A stretch of 64,000 bases of DNA from Candidatus Poribacteria bacterium (GTDB lineage: Bacteria > Poribacteria > WGA-4E > WGA-3G). The position numbers and the translations under genes are program-made. The notes below the pieces were generated by a model. That model was not told where the DNA came from and did not search any database. It saw nothing but the letters and a program-made list of their open reading frames with translations. The stretch covers positions 4,064,001 through 4,128,000 of the forward strand of contig OZ240248.1 of assembly GCA_965198235.1 (NCBI GenBank), in the 5' to 3' direction. Below, in pieces: positions 59,628-64,000 of the stretch (position 1 is its first letter; every line of letters starts with the position of its first letter).

Positions 59628-61559
59628 ATGAATTCCAGAATCTCGAACCCACCGGATGTCATCAGAAAAAAAGCACTAATTGTCGGACTCATTCTGGTTG
59701 TTATTAACGCGTATTGGGTAGGGATAGCGAGTGAACTCTGGTATGCAGTCTATACACTCGTTTCACCGTTTTCCAACGCCGTTTTCACCCTATTTGTCCT
59801 GCTCGCGCTCAACGTCTTCCTCCGTAAAGGCGCGCCACGCCTCGCCTTCACCCCCGCAGAACTGCTACTCATCTATATTATGGTGACAATGGTGTCCACG
59901 ATCTCAGGACACGCGATGATGGCGATTCTCATGGGGACGCTCGCACATCCGTTCTGGTTCGCAAGCCCTGAAAACGAATGGGCACAACTCTTTCTACACC
60001 ACATCCCGTCATGGCTCACAGTCCACGAGTTCGAGTGGTTAGCGGGTTATTACGAGGGCGAATCGAGCATCTATTGGGCAGAACACCTCCGCATTTGGAT
60101 TAGACCCGCGCTTCTCTGGTCAGGCTTTATCTTTCTGCTCTACGGTTCATTGCTCTGTTTAGGGTTGTTCCTCCGCAAGCAGTGGATGGAACGCGAAAAA
60201 CTAAGCTTCCCGCTAACGCAATTGCCACTGCAAATGACAACCAATCGCAGTTTTTTCCGTTCCCGCGCCCTCTGGTTCGGATTTGGAATCGCCGCGCTAC
60301 TCCGTGTGATGGCTGGGTTGCACGACATTTTTCCCGTTATCCCCGCGTTGCCACCTAACTATCGGCTCGACCGACACTTTACGGAACGTCCTTGGAATGC
60401 GATCGGCTACGCCTCAATGTCCTTTAACCTCGCAATCGTCGGGTTAACCTATTTCATGCCGCTTGACCTTGCGTTTTCGACATGGTTCTTCTTTTGGCTC
60501 ACGCGTGCAGAACGCGTGATCGCAAGCACAGTCGGCGTAACAAACCTCAACATCTTGCATTTCAACGACCGGGCTTCTGGGGCTTGGGTAGGTATTGCTG
60601 TGCTGACGCTCTGGATGAGCCGTCGGCACTTTGTCCGATTTTGCCGACACGTGATCGGAAGAGAACGCGGGGACGACAGCAGAGAACCCTTCTCCTATCG
60701 GACAGTCGCAGTCCTGACCGTGCTGAGTGTAGGACTCGTCTTCGCATTCTGCTATGCCGCAGGTATGTCATTATGGGCAATCAGCGTATTTTACGCCCTA
60801 TTTATAGCGTTTGCCATAGCGATAGGACGCGTCCGGGCTGAACTCGGTCCGCCTTACCATGAAGTTATCGGTATCAATCCACGGCAGATGATGGTGGGTA
60901 TGTTCGGAACACGACAATTGGGTGCTGCAAACCTTACTGTCATGACGTTCCTCTACGCTTTCAACCGTTGCAACCGTTCACACCCGATGCCAAACCAGAT
61001 TGAATCCCTTCGGATCGGAGAACGTTCAGGGATGCCCGGCAAAACGTTGCTTGTCGGAATGGCACTCGCAATCGCAGTCGGTGCGTTGGCGACGTTCTGG
61101 ACGTATCTGCAAGTCGCTTATCATTACGGTGTGCTGGCGCAATGCCAAGGCGCTGTCGGACGCTTCGGATGGGAGAGTTTCAACCCGCTTCAAAGTTGGT
61201 TACAGCATCCCAAAGAACCGGATGTCAGCGCGATGATCTTTATGAGTGGTGGGTTCGCCTTTGTGTTTGTCCTTAACTTCCTACGGACACGACTGCTGTG
61301 GTGGACGCTTCATCCATCAGGTTATGTGCTTTCAGGAGCGTCATGGGGTGGACTCATCTACTTTTGGTTCCCCGTAATGGTGAGTTGGCTCATCAAGTTT
61401 TTGATTCTCCGTTTCTCAGGTTGGCAAACATATCGTAAAGCGATCCCGTTCTTCCTCGGATTAGTTTTGGGGGATTACATTCCGCGCAGCATTCTGAGCC
61501 TCATCAGTTTCGCCTTGCACCTTTATATGCCATCATCCGGTGCGGGACATACACTTTAG
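59628..61559 (+). CDS. DUF6785/DUF6784-like polytopic membrane protein
   Basis: ELLLIY, RKQWMEREKLSFPLTQLP, RVRAELG, WWTLHPSG, FFLGLVLGD; many TM segments. Confidence 0.75.
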   Translation: MNSRISNPPDVIRKKALIVGLILVVINAYWVGIASELWYAVYTLVSPFSNAVFTLFVLLALNVFLRKGAPRLAFTPAELLLIYIMVTMVSTISGHAMMAILMGTLAHPFWFASPENEWAQLFLHHIPSWLTVHEFEWLAGYYEGESSIYWAEHLRIWIRPALLWSGFIFLLYGSLLCLGLFLRKQWMEREKLSFPLTQLPLQMTTNRSFFRSRALWFGFGIAALLRVMAGLHDIFPVIPALPPNYRLDRHFTERPWNAIGYASMSFNLAIVGLTYFMPLDLAFSTWFFFWLTRAERVIASTVGVTNLNILHFNDRASGAWVGIAVLTLWMSRRHFVRFCRHVIGRERGDDSREPFSYRTVAVLTVLSVGLVFAFCYAAGMSLWAISVFYALFIAFAIAIGRVRAELGPPYHEVIGINPRQMMVGMFGTRQLGAANLTVMTFLYAFNRCNRSHPMPNQIESLRIGERSGMPGKTLLVGMALAIAVGALATFWTYLQVAYHYGVLAQCQGAVGRFGWESFNPLQSWLQHPKEPDVSAMIFMSGGFAFVFVLNFLRTRLLWWTLHPSGYVLSGASWGGLIYFWFPVMVSWLIKFLILRFSGWQTYRKAIPFFLGLVLGDYIPRSILSLISFALHLYMPSSGAGHTL

Positions 61560-61858
61560 TATTGGCTATCAGCAGTCGGAAACCATTCCTGTAGGAGGGA
61601 ACTCCGATTCCCGACTGTTCCTCTGTCCTCCTGATAAGGGGGATTGAGGGGGTTAGGTGGACTGACTGCCGACAGTTTCCGAAACACCTCGCCAGCGAGG
61701 TGAGAGGTTCTCAATTCCATGTGTTAACATATTTTCGGCTTTACTATAAATTCTGAATCTTCATGTAACCTTTCCAGCCCCTAAATGACATTAATCTTGA
61801 TTTGACAAAATGGGCATTTCACCATACAATTACTATATACCGACAGAAATCAGTAGAT

Positions 61859-62090
61859 GTAGGTTGGGCTGAGCGGAAAATGAAAAAACAACTCATTTCA
61901 TCCAGGACTTCGCATTTTCAAGAGACTGGAAGACGCAGAAATCTAAGCGAAACCCAACGCTGCTCGCACACCTGTCTGGTTCGGACGGATGTTGGGTTTC
62001 ACTCTCGCTCCTTTAGAGGAAAGATCACAGATGAAAACGCCGCATTTTGGATGTATAGCCTTTTATCCTCTCCCGTTCAACCCAACCTAC
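61859..62090. repeat. Paired inverted GTAG-REP element in the ABC-gene leader
   Basis: GTAGGTTGGGCTGAGCGG ... CCGTTCAACCCAACCTAC, downstream of TTGACA-N17-TACAAT (61802-61830). Confidence 0.8.
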
Positions 62091-62172
62091 GGGGCAATCC
62101 TTAACGTCGAATTCACGTTATATACCGAATAGAAACCAAACCAATCAACAGTCAAGATGAGACGGAAACCCA

Positions 62173-63222
62173 ATGCCGACACAATTACTCACCGTAAACG
62201 CAATTACAAAAGCGTTCGTAGCTAACCAACCGCCAATCGTTAGAAACATTAGCTTCAGCGTATACTTGGGCGAAATTTTCGCGCTTTTAGGACCCAGCGG
62301 TTGCGGAAAAACCACCACCTTGCGCCTGATCGCCGGTTTTGAGAAGGCAGACACCGGTACAATCTCCATGGCGGAACGCACACTTGCCGACAGTGATACC
62401 CACGTGCCGCCTGAATCACGAGGTATCGGCTTTGTGTTTCAGGACTACGCCCTCTTTCCACACAAAAATGTGCTTGAAAACGTCGCTTTCGGTCTCCGAA
62501 AAGTGCCGAAAAAAACACGGCAGGAAAGAGCGTTCGCGGTGTTGGATATGGTCGGAATGACGAACCTACAGTCGCGTTTACCGCACCATCTCTCTGGCGG
62601 CGAGCAGCAGCGGGTCGCATTGGCGCGTGCTATCATCGCGCGTCCGAAACTGCTCCTCTTAGACGAACCTTTTTCAAGTCTCGATCCGGGATTACGGCAG
62701 TCTACCCGTGAGGAGGTCCGCTCGCTCTTGAAAGCCGAAGGGATTAGCGCAGTGCTCGTCACACACGCGCAGGAAGAAGCATTGAGTTTCGCCGAGCGGT
62801 TGGGCGTGATGAAAGAAGGCACCCTTGAACAGATCGGCACCCCCGAAGCGGTGTATCGCCATCCGAAAACGGCTTACGTCGCAGATTTTCTGGGACAAAC
62901 AAACTTCATCCGCGCACACATCAAAGATGGGATCGCAGAAACCCCGTTCGGACATGTAAAAGTAGAAGGGGCTGACAGTGGGAACGCACTTCTCTCTATC
63001 CGACCTGAATGTTTGCAGATGATGACACCCGACACTCAAAGTAGCATCAAAAGTGGGCGCGTCGTTGAACAAGCGTTTAAAGGGCACGATTTTACATATC
63101 GGGTGGAGATGGATGGACAGCAGTACTTCGTCCAGACCGACTACCAGTGTCCGTTTCAGATAGGGGACACGGTTATGTTGAAAGCGGTTTCAGCAGTAGC
63201 AGTTACACCCGAAACCGAATAG
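62173..63222 (+). CDS. ABC transporter ATP-binding protein (FbpC/PotA type)
   Basis: GPSGCGKTT, VFQDYALFPH, LSGGEQQRVALARA, LLLDEPF, VTH; TOBE-like C-terminus. Confidence 0.93.
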   Translation: MPTQLLTVNAITKAFVANQPPIVRNISFSVYLGEIFALLGPSGCGKTTTLRLIAGFEKADTGTISMAERTLADSDTHVPPESRGIGFVFQDYALFPHKNVLENVAFGLRKVPKKTRQERAFAVLDMVGMTNLQSRLPHHLSGGEQQRVALARAIIARPKLLLLDEPFSSLDPGLRQSTREEVRSLLKAEGISAVLVTHAQEEALSFAERLGVMKEGTLEQIGTPEAVYRHPKTAYVADFLGQTNFIRAHIKDGIAETPFGHVKVEGADSGNALLSIRPECLQMMTPDTQSSIKSGRVVEQAFKGHDFTYRVEMDGQQYFVQTDYQCPFQIGDTVMLKAVSAVAVTPETE

Positions 63223-63448
63223 AAATAAACGCAAGAGGAAGCACTGACAGATGTCCGGGCAGGGAGATTCAAATATCTCTAAATCAAGGGGAATGGCATT
63301 GAGGGATGTCCACAGAAAGAGGCGAGGTTAGAAACCTCGCCAGCGGGGAAAGGCGTTTATTATACCTCTACTGATTTAAAGGTCTATATACTTCTAAAAT
63401 TTACCATAATACTTCCTTTAATTGCGAAAACAAAAGTAGAAGCACGAA

Positions 63449-64000
63449 TTACAACATACCCCGAATCTCATCAATCCCCCGAATCATTCGTGTGAATGCC
63501 TCAACCAACCGATCAATTTCCGCATGTACCGCGGCATCATCACTATTCTCCAACGCATCAAGAACTCCAGGAAAAACGACCGCCGCATAGCCAGTGTTGA
63601 GCCCCGGTGCATAAATAAGGTGCTTAAACCAAGGGCGTAACGGCAAGCCTGTCTCACTCGTCAAACGCCGCTCTAATTGGTACAATCGTTGGTTTATTTC
63701 CGAAATCTGAGAGAAATCGTCAGAAGCGAGATAACGTGCAAGCTCCCGATTGAGTCTTCCTGCCGACTGCTGCCACTCTGTGAGCAGACCGTCCAACCTT
63801 TCAATATCTTTGGCAATCTTGTTTTTCGAGCCAGAATTTTGCAACAGTTTCAAAGGGGTCATCAGGTCTGTCGCATAAGTCTCATAGTCGAAGGGTAAAA
63901 TATCGGCATTGGCGAGCTGCAGCGCAAGCGTGCCCCAGACTTGTGCCATCGCCGTCTGATACTGAAACGTCGGATCACCGAAGTGGGTCATCCAGTAGAA
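63449..64000 (-). CDS. M28 glutamate carboxypeptidase II-like protein, C-terminal dimerisation domain (5' part outside the window)
   Basis: FYWMTHFGDP.F, ILPFDY..YA, INQRLYQLER, GLPLRPWFKHLIYAPG..TGY....FPG. Confidence 0.88.
   Translation of the reverse strand, partial: FYWMTHFGDPTFQYQTAMAQVWGTLALQLANADILPFDYETYATDLMTPLKLLQNSGSKNKIAKDIERLDGLLTEWQQSAGRLNRELARYLASDDFSQISEINQRLYQLERRLTSETGLPLRPWFKHLIYAPGLNTGYAAVVFPGVLDALENSDDAAVHAEIDRLVEAFTRMIRGIDEIRGML

Overview
Bacterial chromosomal window, most likely Candidatus Poribacteria (inferred from two secreted LamG proteins ending in AVxPxxKLxTxWGxIK, tandem PhyH dioxygenases, DUF1080, DUF6785-like, ankyrin/TPR proteins and dense GTAG-REP/heptamer intergenic repeats). 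Housekeeping and metabolic genes (mfd, sixA, folD, mutY, a LpxL-like acyltransferase, an S41 protease, and an RDD/SpoIIM/DUF58/MoxR/DUF4350/DUF4129 cluster) flank an AT-richer defence island at about 25.9-41.3 kb. The island holds an SspBCD-type DNA phosphorothioation module (DUF4007 protein, large ATPase, PAPS-reductase-like protein) with no sspE and no recognisable sspFGH. Instead, a divergently transcribed three-gene operon (wHTH-like protein, PIN-like nuclease, AAA+ ATPase) sits head-to-head with it; this is the best candidate for an undescribed phosphorothioate-coupled defence system. The island also contains a decayed probable PT-dependent SBD endonuclease remnant, remnants of three toxin-antitoxin modules, and a helicase-less Type ISP-like R-M gene bracketed by ~240-bp promoter-bearing direct repeats with att-like architecture. 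No rRNA, tRNA, CRISPR array or integrase was seen. All family calls come from motif recognition; no database search was run.
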